Assembly (NCBI GenBank): GCA_937976325.1
Contig: CALJSD010000223.1
Span: 1 to 41,022, forward strand
DNA from: an uncultured Carnobacterium sp.
GTDB taxonomy: Bacteria > Bacillota > Bacilli > Lactobacillales > Aerococcaceae
Reading direction: 5' to 3'
Length of the DNA: 41,022 nt
The notes below the pieces were generated by a model. The model was not told the DNA's origin and made no database searches. It saw nothing but the letters and a program-made list of their open reading frames with translations. A program made the translations under genes and the position numbers. This document shows, in pieces, positions 1 to 8,577 of the stretch. The number at the start of each line of letters is the position of its first letter. The first letter of the stretch is position 1.

Positions 1-446
1 CAAGTATGCTGTTAACGGTGTATGGGTCAGAAGGACTTGGCGCACCATTTTCACCAGCTGGTAAGACGATTGCAGGTAAGACAGGGACAACCGAAGCTAT
101 CAATAATGACAATGGTTCTCGTGACCAATGGATGATCGGATATACTCCAGACGTTGTTGTCGCAACTTGGATGGGATATGACCAATCTGGAAACTACTCT
201 CTATCAGCGTCTAGCCGAGAAGGGGTAGGGCCACTCTTTAAACTAGAGATGGAAGGATTGCTTCAATTTACCGCGAATACACCATTTAATGTGGAAGCCG
301 TGAAGACGAAACAAAATAACCAAAATAACAATTCGAATAACGGTGTCGATCAATTTATCAAAGACGCTCAAAAAGCGGGCGAACAAGTTTGGAATCAAAT
401 CCAAGAATGGGGTAAAAACCTCTGGGATAAATTCAGAAATCGATAA
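1..446 (+). CDS. Class A penicillin-binding protein, C-terminal part (partial; PBP2A-like)
   Basis: Frame open from window start; AGKTGTT (KTG motif) and DQWMIGYTPDVVVATWMGYD typical of class A PBP transpeptidase domain; position upstream of ylbF-yhaO-yhaN-yhaM matches pbp2A synteny in Lactobacillales. Confidence 0.88.
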   Translation, partial: SMLLTVYGSEGLGAPFSPAGKTIAGKTGTTEAINNDNGSRDQWMIGYTPDVVVATWMGYDQSGNYSLSASSREGVGPLFKLEMEGLLQFTANTPFNVEAVKTKQNNQNNNSNNGVDQFIKDAQKAGEQVWNQIQEWGKNLWDKFRNR

Positions 447-448
447 TG

Positions 449-462
449 CGAACGTACGTACG
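449..462. promoter_or_regulatory. Candidate LexA (SOS/Cheo) box
   Basis: CGAACGTACGTACG, one mismatch to Firmicutes consensus CGAACRNRYGTTYG, just upstream of the ylbF promoter. Confidence 0.5.
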
Positions 463-488
463 TATTAATAGTTTAGCCATGTAAAATA

Positions 489-497
489 TGGTATAAT
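489..497 (+). promoter_or_regulatory. Extended -10 sigmaA promoter for ylbF-like gene
   Basis: TGgTATAAT at 489-497, followed by RBS AAGGAGG before ATG 525. Confidence 0.7.
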
Positions 498-524
498 AAA
501 AGAGTATTTTAAGGAGGAAGAAAC

Positions 525-869
525 ATGAGTAATATTTATGATACAGCCAATCAATTAGAACGCGACTTACGCGAATTACAAGAATTCAAAACAGTAAAGG
601 AAAGCTTCGAAGCGATTTATGCTGACGAAACAGCAAAAGCGTTATTCGATGAATTCCGTACAGTGAATATCGAGTTACAACAAAAACAATTCTCAGGACA
701 AGAAATCACTGAAGAAGATATTCAAAAAGCACAAGAATTAGGACAAAAAGTGTCTGAAAATGAGCATATTAAAGCGTTAATGGAAGCTGAGCAACGTTTG
801 AATACGATTATGCAAGACATCAACCGTATCATCACAAATCCATTACAAGAGCTTTATAGCGCAAAATAA
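525..869 (+). CDS. YlbF/YheA (Com_YlbF) family regulator
   Basis: MSNIYDTANQLERDLR...EAEQRLNTIMQDINRIITNPLQELY is the typical YheA/UPF0342 pattern; strong RBS; synteny. Confidence 0.88.
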   Translation: MSNIYDTANQLERDLRELQEFKTVKESFEAIYADETAKALFDEFRTVNIELQQKQFSGQEITEEDIQKAQELGQKVSENEHIKALMEAEQRLNTIMQDINRIITNPLQELYSAK

Positions 870-902
870 TCAATTTTAAACGGTTTTATTAAGAATCGAT
901 CC

Positions 903-957
903 AAAGCATATTTTCTTTGAACGCACAACAGACGGTTCAGGAAAATATGCTTTTTTT
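903..957 (+). terminator. Intrinsic terminator between ylbF-like and yhaO
   Basis: AAAGCATATTTTCTTTGAAC / GTTCAGGAAAATATGCTTT stem followed by T7. Confidence 0.75.
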
Positions 958-979
958 GAAGAAAAGAAAGGAGCAACGT

Positions 980-2149
980 ATGGTGAAATTCATCCACGCA
1001 GCCGACGTCCATCTAGGGATAACGTATGCAGGTGTCGGGAAGAACCATAAAGATATCGCAAGAGAGCTAAAGCAGGCGGCGTTTGATGCTTTTGAAAGAG
1101 TCATTGATGTGGCGATTGAAGAAGAAGTCGATGCGCTTGTGTTGGCTGGGGACTTACTGGATAGTTCACGCACCTTCGTCAAAGAAAAATTGTTCTTGCA
1201 GAGTCAGTTGAATCGACTGGCGCCATTTGGAATTCCTGTCGTTGTAGCGCTTGGGAATCATGATGCGGGCACTTCATACGTTTCTGGGGAGCATATTTAT
1301 ACTTTTGGTAGTGCCGTTGAAACGATTGAAGTAGAGACGAAAAACGGGGAACGTGTGGCTTTTAGCGGGTTTAGTTATGAGGTTCCTGTTGTAGCTACGC
1401 GGAAAGTTAAAGAGTATCCGGTTAAGAGTGCCAACTGCGATATTCATATTGGAGTATTGCATGGAGAACTGACGACTGCACAAGGTCGTTATGCGCCATT
1501 TTCGATTCCTGAACTAAGAGAAAAAGGCTATGACTATTGGGCGCTTGGACATATTCATACTTGCCAAGAAGTGTCTAGCCAGCCATGTGCGTGGTATAGT
1601 GGTACGACGCAAGGAGCGGACCGTAAAGAGAGTGGGCCAAAGGGAGCTTTGCTAGTAGAGATTTTGCCAGGGAATGCTCCAAAGGTTCACTTTGTTGAAA
1701 CGAGTACGATGGATTGGACGGAAGTAGAACTAGCTATCAGCGAAACCGCTCGTTTAGAAACTTTACCGTATCTCATCGTAGAGACGTTGCCGAGTCCTGC
1801 TAAACGTAGTCTTGTGACGTTGCATTTACAAACGCAGGAATCACTATATTCAAGAGAAGATTTAAAACAACTCACAGAAGTGGTGAATGGACTCTTAGAA
1901 GAAAACCATAGCCTTGTAACAGTGATGAGTATTCGCGAACAAGTCACAAAATCGCTTCGTGGCGCTTCTGGTATTTCGCTTGAAGGAGATGTAGATGCAT
2001 CACTCTTTTCTGAAATGGAAATTGCAAAAAGCGGATTCTCGAATCAGTTAATGAGCGAATTCCTTCAAAAGGAAGATGTTCAGCAAGAGATTCATGAACG
2101 TGCGATGCGCCTACTAGAAGCTCGCTTTTCGGGAAGGGAGGAAGGCTAA
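980..2149 (+). CDS. yhaO: SbcD/Mre11-like metallophosphoesterase, DNA repair exonuclease YhaO
   Basis: HAADVHLG, AGDLLD, LGNHD, LHG, ALGHIH motifs; start moved to ATG 980 because AAGGAG lies just upstream. Confidence 0.88.
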   Translation: MVKFIHAADVHLGITYAGVGKNHKDIARELKQAAFDAFERVIDVAIEEEVDALVLAGDLLDSSRTFVKEKLFLQSQLNRLAPFGIPVVVALGNHDAGTSYVSGEHIYTFGSAVETIEVETKNGERVAFSGFSYEVPVVATRKVKEYPVKSANCDIHIGVLHGELTTAQGRYAPFSIPELREKGYDYWALGHIHTCQEVSSQPCAWYSGTTQGADRKESGPKGALLVEILPGNAPKVHFVETSTMDWTEVELAISETARLETLPYLIVETLPSPAKRSLVTLHLQTQESLYSREDLKQLTEVVNGLLEENHSLVTVMSIREQVTKSLRGASGISLEGDVDASLFSEMEIAKSGFSNQLMSEFLQKEDVQQEIHERAMRLLEARFSGREEG

Positions 2150-4593
2150 TGTATATTTCAAAAATCGAAATCGATCATTTTGGGAAATGGGAACATGAGA
2201 CCTTTACTTTCCATCCGAATTTGCAAGTCGTGCAAGGCCTGAACGAATCTGGGAAGACGACGCTTCGACGTTTTATCGAGCAAATGCTATTTGATTTTAA
2301 ACAAAAGAAAAATGGCGTTTATCCATATCAGCCGCTCCATACGAATACGCGTGGTGGACGGATGTGGATCGAAGATGAAGGGCTTGGACCTCTAATCATC
2401 GAGCGTAGCGCTGTGGGTTCGCAGAGGAAAATCGTTCTAAAGAGTGCAGAAACCGGACAAGAGTTGCCAGAAGCGATGTTGGACCGAGTTCTTCATGAAT
2501 TGACGATGAATGAGTACCATTCACTCTTTGGATTCAATGAAGAGGAATTGCAAAATAATGCGTTTGGTAGCGAAGAGGAAATCCATCGCTTCTTGTATAG
2601 CTTGAGTGTCATGGGACATAAGGGTGCCTACGAGGAGAGTCAGAAGTTACTTGCTGAGGCGGATAAGTTGTTTCGTCCGCAAGCTAAAAAACTGGAACTC
2701 AACGAGCGAATGGATCGACTCGAAGGCTTAACGAATCAATTGGCGCAAACTAAAGGCGAGAACGTACTTTATGAAAGTTACCTCAGTTTTATTAAAGAGC
2801 TTCAAGTAGAAGAAGCAGAATTATCTACCAAATTGCAAGAGACAGAATCTAGACTAGATGTCTTAGAGAAAAAGCTCGCTCATTTTGATGCCTTAGAAGA
2901 ATCCCGCGCTATGGAAGGACTACATGAGTTCCCAAAAGAGTACGACCATAGTAAGGCTGTGGAAGCGAGTAATACTTTACGTTCCTTTGAAAAAGAACTC
3001 GAACGTACAAAAATCGAGTTAGAACAGGCAAAAGCGGAAGCAGAAGCACTTGGAGAACTGGCAGAGGATTCGACGCTTGAAGCACTTTACGCGAAAGCTC
3101 AAGGTGCAGCAGCGGTAGAAGAGCGTGCCTTTGAATTGGAACGGGAGTTGAAGACGCATCCGGGGAATATTGGTGTTCAAAGTGAGGATGCAAAACCATT
3201 TACAGAGGCGGAATTAGCCGAATTCGATACTCTTCAAGGCGAAAAAGAACATGCAGGTCAATTTCAAACAGGAGTCCTTATTGGGCTAGTCGGAATCATT
3301 GCCATTATCGTAGTTGGATTTTTAACAAACCAAGTAGTGCTAGGTGTTGGGATTGCTGCAGTTTTAGGAATTGGCGGGGGAATCTTCTTACAAAAAACAG
3401 GAAAGTTACAATCTCCAAAAAATAGCGCAGTAGACGAACGTGTTCAACAGCTCCTTTCAGGGAAAGGAATTGAAGTAACTCTAGACGAAACAAGACGTTT
3501 TGTGCGAAGAAATGAAGGACGAAGCGTCAATGATTTCTTACAAAAGAAGGCGCAGTTCGTTCAACTAGAACAAAGACTAGAAGCTTTTAAAGAAGAGAGC
3601 AAAGACTTCTGGGACAAAGAACAAATCACCCCTCCTGCTACGGTGGAACAACAGCTACGCATTATCCGTGAGACATGGATGACTTCTCAAAAACGAGTGG
3701 CAAAATTAGAACAACTTCAAGAAAGTATCTTAAAGAAAGAACGCCATTTAGCGCAATTGGAACAAGATACAACAGAGGTGCGTGAAGAATTACAAGAAGC
3801 CATTTCACCACTAGGAATCACAACTGTAGAAGAGTTTAGAACGCAGTTACCAACACTGGACAATCGTGTAGCCTTAGCGCAAAAGAGAGCGTATATCGAA
3901 AAGCAAGTAGCCATCTATACGGATGAAGAAAAAGAAAGCTTGCAACGACAAACGCTTGAAGAGGAAATTCAAGATGAGTCCTTCACGAAGGCGCAGCTAG
4001 AAAGTAAACGCAAAGAAGTCCGTGACCAATTGGCAAGTACAAAAACGAAGGCAGAACTGCTGGAAGAAGATGACAATGCAGAAGCCCTTCAACTGGAAGC
4101 AGACTTTGAACGATTTGAAGTACAAGAGTCTATTAAGGATTGGGCGGCACAAGTGTATGCAGCCAAATGGATTTTGAAGCAACTTGAAGAAAAAGTTCCA
4201 ACGAGAGTGCCGTTGATTTTAGACGAGGCGAGTCGTATCTTTAGCCGACTCACGATGGGACAATATACGAAGATTCTCTTAACGGATACGCAGGCGAAGG
4301 TGCAGCAGGCAAATGGCCAATGGATGGAAGCTTTCTATCTTTCAAAAGGGGCCTTAGACCAACTGTATGTCGCGATTCGTTTTGCTTTTATTTTCCAATT
4401 AGCGAAGAAGATGAAAATTCCAGTGCTAATCGATGATGGATTCGTCAATTTTGATAGAGAACGCCTATCGATTATGTTAGAATTAATGGAAGAGCTATCA
4501 CGCGTAACACAAGTTTTTTACTTTACAACAGAAGTTCCGCTTCAGTTACCTAAAGAGAATGTACTGAAGTTAGGGGAAAGAGAAAGAAGGTAA
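2149..4593 (+). CDS. yhaN: Rad50/SMC-like AAA ATPase YhaN (SbcE) with coiled coils and central hydrophobic hairpin
   Basis: Walker A GLNESGKTT, signature LSKG, Walker B LIDDGFVNFD, long coiled coils; TAATG overlap with yhaO. Confidence 0.87.
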   Translation: MYISKIEIDHFGKWEHETFTFHPNLQVVQGLNESGKTTLRRFIEQMLFDFKQKKNGVYPYQPLHTNTRGGRMWIEDEGLGPLIIERSAVGSQRKIVLKSAETGQELPEAMLDRVLHELTMNEYHSLFGFNEEELQNNAFGSEEEIHRFLYSLSVMGHKGAYEESQKLLAEADKLFRPQAKKLELNERMDRLEGLTNQLAQTKGENVLYESYLSFIKELQVEEAELSTKLQETESRLDVLEKKLAHFDALEESRAMEGLHEFPKEYDHSKAVEASNTLRSFEKELERTKIELEQAKAEAEALGELAEDSTLEALYAKAQGAAAVEERAFELERELKTHPGNIGVQSEDAKPFTEAELAEFDTLQGEKEHAGQFQTGVLIGLVGIIAIIVVGFLTNQVVLGVGIAAVLGIGGGIFLQKTGKLQSPKNSAVDERVQQLLSGKGIEVTLDETRRFVRRNEGRSVNDFLQKKAQFVQLEQRLEAFKEESKDFWDKEQITPPATVEQQLRIIRETWMTSQKRVAKLEQLQESILKKERHLAQLEQDTTEVREELQEAISPLGITTVEEFRTQLPTLDNRVALAQKRAYIEKQVAIYTDEEKESLQRQTLEEEIQDESFTKAQLESKRKEVRDQLASTKTKAELLEEDDNAEALQLEADFERFEVQESIKDWAAQVYAAKWILKQLEEKVPTRVPLILDEASRIFSRLTMGQYTKILLTDTQAKVQQANGQWMEAFYLSKGALDQLYVAIRFAFIFQLAKKMKIPVLIDDGFVNFDRERLSIMLELMEELSRVTQVFYFTTEVPLQLPKENVLKLGERERR

Positions 4594-4596
4594 ATC

Positions 4597-5553
4597 ATGA
4601 CAAAAAAATTATATGAATACAATGTGGACGAGAGTTTCGAAATCTGCCTATTGATTAAATCTGCAGATGTACGTATGGCAAAAAATGGTAATCCGTTTAT
4701 CGCCTTCACATTCCAGGATCAATCAGGTCAAATGGACGGAAAATATTGGTCTGCGACTTCAGACGATATTGCAAAATACGTACCAGGGAAAGTAGTAGTT
4801 GTAAACGGAAAACGTGAAATGTACAATAATTCGCCACAAGTGAAAATTGTCAGCCTTCGACTAACTGACGCTTCAAAAGGTGAGCCAACATCTGCGAGTT
4901 ATTTCGTAGAACACGCTCCAATGACGAAGGAAGAAATGGAAGAAGAAGTGAACCAAATTATGTTCGATATCACAAATCCATATTTGCGTCGTATCGTCCA
5001 TAATATTTTGAAAAAATACCAAGAAGCCTTCTTCGAGTTCCCTGCAGCGAAACGTCACCACCATGCGTTTGTAGGTGGTTTAAGTTTCCATACTGTTTCG
5101 ATGCTACGCCTTGCTAAAGCCATCGCAACGCAATACACACAAATCAACCGTTCGTTATTATATTCGGGTGTGATTTTACATGATATTGGTAAAACGATGG
5201 AATTAACTGGCGCAATCGGCACTGAATACACATTGAAAGGGAACTTACTAGGGCACATTGTAATCATGGACGAAGAGATTACAAAAGCCTGTGAAGAACT
5301 CGATATCGATGAAAATCAAGAAGATGTGCTTTTATTGAAACATGTTGTGCTTGCTCACCACGGTAAGCTCGAATATGGTTCACCAGTCCGTCCGCAATTA
5401 TTAGAAGCGGAAGTATTGCACCATATCGACTTATTAGATGCGACGATTACAATGATGTCGAATGCACTTGATAAGACAGAACCTGGTGCATTCTCAGAGC
5501 GCGTATTTGGTTTAGATAACCGCTCGTTTTATAAACCAACCATTCAACAATAA
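4597..5553 (+). CDS. yhaM: 3'-5' exoribonuclease YhaM (Cbf1), OB fold + HD domain
   Basis: PAAKRHHHAFVGGL, LHDIGK, AHHGKLEYGSPVRP motifs; synteny with yhaO/yhaN. Confidence 0.93.
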   Translation: MTKKLYEYNVDESFEICLLIKSADVRMAKNGNPFIAFTFQDQSGQMDGKYWSATSDDIAKYVPGKVVVVNGKREMYNNSPQVKIVSLRLTDASKGEPTSASYFVEHAPMTKEEMEEEVNQIMFDITNPYLRRIVHNILKKYQEAFFEFPAAKRHHHAFVGGLSFHTVSMLRLAKAIATQYTQINRSLLYSGVILHDIGKTMELTGAIGTEYTLKGNLLGHIVIMDEEITKACEELDIDENQEDVLLLKHVVLAHHGKLEYGSPVRPQLLEAEVLHHIDLLDATITMMSNALDKTEPGAFSERVFGLDNRSFYKPTIQQ

Positions 5554-5614
5554 ATCAATACGGTAAATGAATCCTTTTGGACTCTGTTTTAGCCATTGAT
5601 TGAGGAGGAAAACG

Positions 5615-6160
5615 ATGAATCCAATAGGAACGAAACCAATCCAGACAAAACGATTACTGCTCAGACCTTTTCAAGTAGAAGATGCACCAGCGATGTTTAA
5701 AAACTGGTCGAGTGATGAAGAGGTGACGCATTACTTAACGTGGCCTCCGCATGAATCTGTCGAGACAACGAAGAAAAGCCTTAAACGTTGGGTAGATGGC
5801 TACCAAAATCCGCTTCAATTCAAGTGGGCAATCGTATTTAACAATGAGGTTGTTGGTAGTATCGATGTTGTACATTTGGAAGAAAAGTTGGACGCTGTGG
5901 AGATTGGTTATGCCCTTAGTCGCAAATGCTGGGGAAAAGGAATTATGACAGAAGCGCTTATTGCAGTGAGTCGCTATCTCTTAGATGAAGCGGGTTGTAA
6001 TAGAGTGGCTGCCCGTCACGATGTGAATAATCAAGCTAGCGGAAAAGTGATGCAAAAAGCTGGTATGACTTATGAAGGTACACTGCGACAATATGGCAAA
6101 AATAATCAAGGTATCTGTGATATGGCATATTATTCCATCATTAAAGCAGATAGATTGTAG
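5615..6160 (+). CDS. GNAT N-acetyltransferase (RimJ/RimL family)
   Basis: TKRLLLRPF, EIGY...WGKGIMTEA, NQASGKVMQKAGMTYEG; GAGGAGG RBS supports ATG 5615. Confidence 0.88.
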   Translation: MNPIGTKPIQTKRLLLRPFQVEDAPAMFKNWSSDEEVTHYLTWPPHESVETTKKSLKRWVDGYQNPLQFKWAIVFNNEVVGSIDVVHLEEKLDAVEIGYALSRKCWGKGIMTEALIAVSRYLLDEAGCNRVAARHDVNNQASGKVMQKAGMTYEGTLRQYGKNNQGICDMAYYSIIKADRL

Positions 6161-6174
6161 TAGGAGTTAAGTAG

Positions 6175-6621
6175 ATGTGTTTGATTTGTGAGCGGATTGA
6201 ATTAATTAAACAAGGAAAAAATCCGCATTTTGTAAAAGAACTTGAAACGGGTTATGTGGTGATAGGGGATGGACAGTATTTTAAAGGATACACATTGTTC
6301 CTAGCCAAGGAACACGTAACAGAATTGCATCAAATGGAGTATGAAATAAAAATAAAATTTCTAGAAGAAATGAGTATTGTTCAAGAAGCTGTGGCAAAAG
6401 CGTTTCAAGCTGAGAAGATGAATATCGAATTGTTAGGAAATGGTGATGCACATGTACATTGGCATCTATTTCCAAGAAAAGCAGGGGATATGAAAGGATA
6501 TGGCCATAATGGAAGAGGACCCGTCTGGTGGGTTCCTTGGGAAGAAATGTCATCCGAAGAATATCAACCAAAAGAGAGTGATTTGCTTCAATTAGTCAAT
6601 CGTTTAAAAGAGTATTTATAA
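6175..6621 (+). CDS. HIT family hydrolase
   Basis: N-terminal CLIC and HVHWH histidine triad; AGGAG RBS. Confidence 0.88.
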   Translation: MCLICERIELIKQGKNPHFVKELETGYVVIGDGQYFKGYTLFLAKEHVTELHQMEYEIKIKFLEEMSIVQEAVAKAFQAEKMNIELLGNGDAHVHWHLFPRKAGDMKGYGHNGRGPVWWVPWEEMSSEEYQPKESDLLQLVNRLKEYL

Positions 6622-6628
6622 ATAGGAC

Positions 6629-6661
6629 AAGAAGACATCTACAAAAGTAGGTGTCTTTTTT
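6629..6661 (+). terminator. Intrinsic terminator
   Basis: AAGAAGACATCTAC-AAAA-GTAGGTGTCTTTTTT. Confidence 0.8.
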
Positions 6662-6703
6662 CGTGAGCAGATAATTTTGTGATTCTGAATTCGTGAGATA
6701 TAC

Positions 6704-6734
6704 TCTAATTGTAATTAAAAATATTACAGTTAGA
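6704..6734. promoter_or_regulatory. HypR-type Rrf2 operator downstream of -10 (TATACT 6699-6704)
   Basis: TAATTGTAATTA-AAA-ATATTACAGTTA (6706-6732), a 12-3-12 inverted repeat resembling the S. aureus HypR operator as I recall it (TAATTGTAACTA-N3-CAGTTACAATTA); overlaps the transcription start/RBS region of the reductase. Confidence 0.75.
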
Positions 6735-6745
6735 AAGGTGATTTT

Positions 6746-8113
6746 ATGACAACAACAGTAAAAAATATCATTATTGGTTTCGGTAAAGCCGGAAAAACAT
6801 TAGCAGGATACTTAGGAAGTATTGGAGAAGATACGATTTTAATCGAAAAATCAAAAGAAATGTACGGTGGAACATGTATTAATGTCGGCTGTATTCCTTC
6901 TAAAAAATTAGCGACAAAAGCACTTCGTAAACAATATTCAAACGAAGATGCTAGCAGCTACTATACAAAGAGCGTTCAAGAAAAGAAAGCATTGATTGCT
7001 GCTTTAAACACAGCAAACTACAACAAAGTAGATTCAGTTGAAAAAACACAAATTATCGACGGTACTGCACGTTTTGTGGATGATCATACAGTAGCTGTGG
7101 ATACTGCAAAAGGAGAAAAACTCTTCAAAGCAGATCGTATTTTTATTAATACTGGAGCAACTCCATTCGTACCACCAGTAGAAGGTTTAACAATCGGTGG
7201 AGCAATTCACACAAGCGAAACAATCATGAACTTAGAAGAATATCCAGAAAGTCTTGTCATTATCGGTAGTGGATTTATCGGATTAGAGTTCGCTGCCACT
7301 TACGCACAATTCGGTACAAAAGTAACGGTTATCGATGTAACTGAAGCATTCCTTCCTCGTGAAGACGAAGATGTAGCACAAGCTGTGAAAGAACAATTAG
7401 AAGCTTTAGGCGTTACTTTCAACTTAGGCGTTCAATTAAAAGCAGTTCATCAAGAAGGCGGTAAAGCAGTGGTAGAAGCTACTACAGGAGAAGGTGCACC
7501 AGTTGCCTTTACAGCAGATGCAGTCTTAGTTGCGACAGGTCGTCGTGCAAACGTACAAGGTCTTGATTTAGACAAAGCTGGCGTAGAATTAACAGAACGT
7601 GGCGCAATCAAAGTCAACGAATTCTTACAAACAAACGTGCCTCATATCTTCGCAATGGGCGATGTAAACGGCGGACCACAATTCACATTCGTATCATTAG
7701 ATGATTTCCGTATCGTGAAACGTTTCTTAGCAGGGGACACAACATACTCAACAAAACAACGTGCGAAATTCCCAACAGCAACATTCATTAACCCACCTTT
7801 AGCAAGCGTTGGTTTAAATGAAAAACAAGCCAAAGAAGCTGGTATTGAAGTCAAAGTTGCGAAACTTCCTGCAATGGCGATTCCAAAAGCTAAAATCTTA
7901 GGAAACCAAGTTGGATTCTACAAAGTATTAGTGGACGCTTCAACAAACCAAATCGTTGGTGCAACATTATTCGCTGAAGAAGCACATGAAGTGATTAACA
8001 TTATCGCAACTGCAATGAACGCGAACTTACCTTACACAGTTCTTCGCGATCAAATCTTCACTCACCCAACAATGGCAGAAGCTTTAAACGACGTATTCGG
8101 CTTAATTAAGTAG
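6746..8113 (+). CDS. Pyridine nucleotide-disulfide oxidoreductase, RclA/Har/MerA(S. aureus)-like, probable hypothiocyanite reductase
   Basis: GFGKAG FAD motif, GGTCINVGCIPSK redox CxxxxC, GSGFIG NAD(P) motif, C-terminal HPTMAEALNDVF; no C-terminal CC pair of mercuric reductases; adjacent HypR-like regulator. Confidence 0.82.
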   Translation: MTTTVKNIIIGFGKAGKTLAGYLGSIGEDTILIEKSKEMYGGTCINVGCIPSKKLATKALRKQYSNEDASSYYTKSVQEKKALIAALNTANYNKVDSVEKTQIIDGTARFVDDHTVAVDTAKGEKLFKADRIFINTGATPFVPPVEGLTIGGAIHTSETIMNLEEYPESLVIIGSGFIGLEFAATYAQFGTKVTVIDVTEAFLPREDEDVAQAVKEQLEALGVTFNLGVQLKAVHQEGGKAVVEATTGEGAPVAFTADAVLVATGRRANVQGLDLDKAGVELTERGAIKVNEFLQTNVPHIFAMGDVNGGPQFTFVSLDDFRIVKRFLAGDTTYSTKQRAKFPTATFINPPLASVGLNEKQAKEAGIEVKVAKLPAMAIPKAKILGNQVGFYKVLVDASTNQIVGATLFAEEAHEVINIIATAMNANLPYTVLRDQIFTHPTMAEALNDVFGLIK

Positions 8114-8121
8114 GGATTATT

Positions 8122-8544
8122 ATGGGAAATGACTTTATCGTAATGATTCACTGCCTAACGTACCTGGCAATTCATCACGACAATCGTTATTCAAGTAAAG
8201 ACCTCGCGTTTAACGCTTGTAGCAACCCTGCGATTGTTCGAAAATTGATGAGCCAAGCGGTGAAGAAAGGATGGGTGTCAACCACTGCGGGAAAACAAGG
8301 TGGTTACCAGTGGCAAGGTAGTCCAAAAGAAGTTCGCCTTGGAGAAATCTTCTTACTAGTATCTGAGGATGAACGCTTGGAAAAAGCCTTTAAAGAAGCT
8401 GCCGACCCAACCTGCCTTGTCAGCACCCGAATGGGAAGCGTTATGGGCAAATTGCAAGAAGAACAAATCCAACAACAAATTAATTTCTATAACAAACGCA
8501 CCATCCAAGACATGATTGATGGTGTCCAAACTGAATGTCACTAG
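8122..8544 (+). CDS. hypR: Rrf2 family redox-sensing repressor, HypR-like
   Basis: Rrf2 wHTH (NPAIVRKLMS...GKQGGY); Cys at positions 33, 98 and 139, matching the Cys33/Cys99/Cys142 pattern of S. aureus HypR; C-terminal INFYNKRTIQDMI. Confidence 0.78.
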   Translation: MGNDFIVMIHCLTYLAIHHDNRYSSKDLAFNACSNPAIVRKLMSQAVKKGWVSTTAGKQGGYQWQGSPKEVRLGEIFLLVSEDERLEKAFKEAADPTCLVSTRMGSVMGKLQEEQIQQQINFYNKRTIQDMIDGVQTECH

Positions 8545-8545
8545 T

Positions 8546-8573
8546 AAAGACCGAGCATCCGCTCGGTCTTTTT
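8546..8573 (+). terminator. Intrinsic terminator
   Basis: AAAGACCGAGC-ATCC-GCTCGGTCTTTTT. Confidence 0.85.
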
Positions 8574-8577
8574 AAGT

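Noticed and set aside
311..345. AAT/AAC-rich run in the PBP tail as a tandem repeat
   Set aside because: Just an Asn/Gln-rich linker (QNNQNNNSNN) in the coding sequence.
917..979. Longer yhaO start (TTG 917) from the ORF track
   Set aside because: Lies inside a terminator hairpin; the RBS and the family N-terminus (MVKFIHAAD) point to ATG 980.
6746..8113. Mercuric reductase or dihydrolipoamide dehydrogenase call
   Set aside because: No N-terminal metal-binding domain or C-terminal Cys pair, no mer or pdh neighbours; HypR-type context fits RclA-like enzymes.
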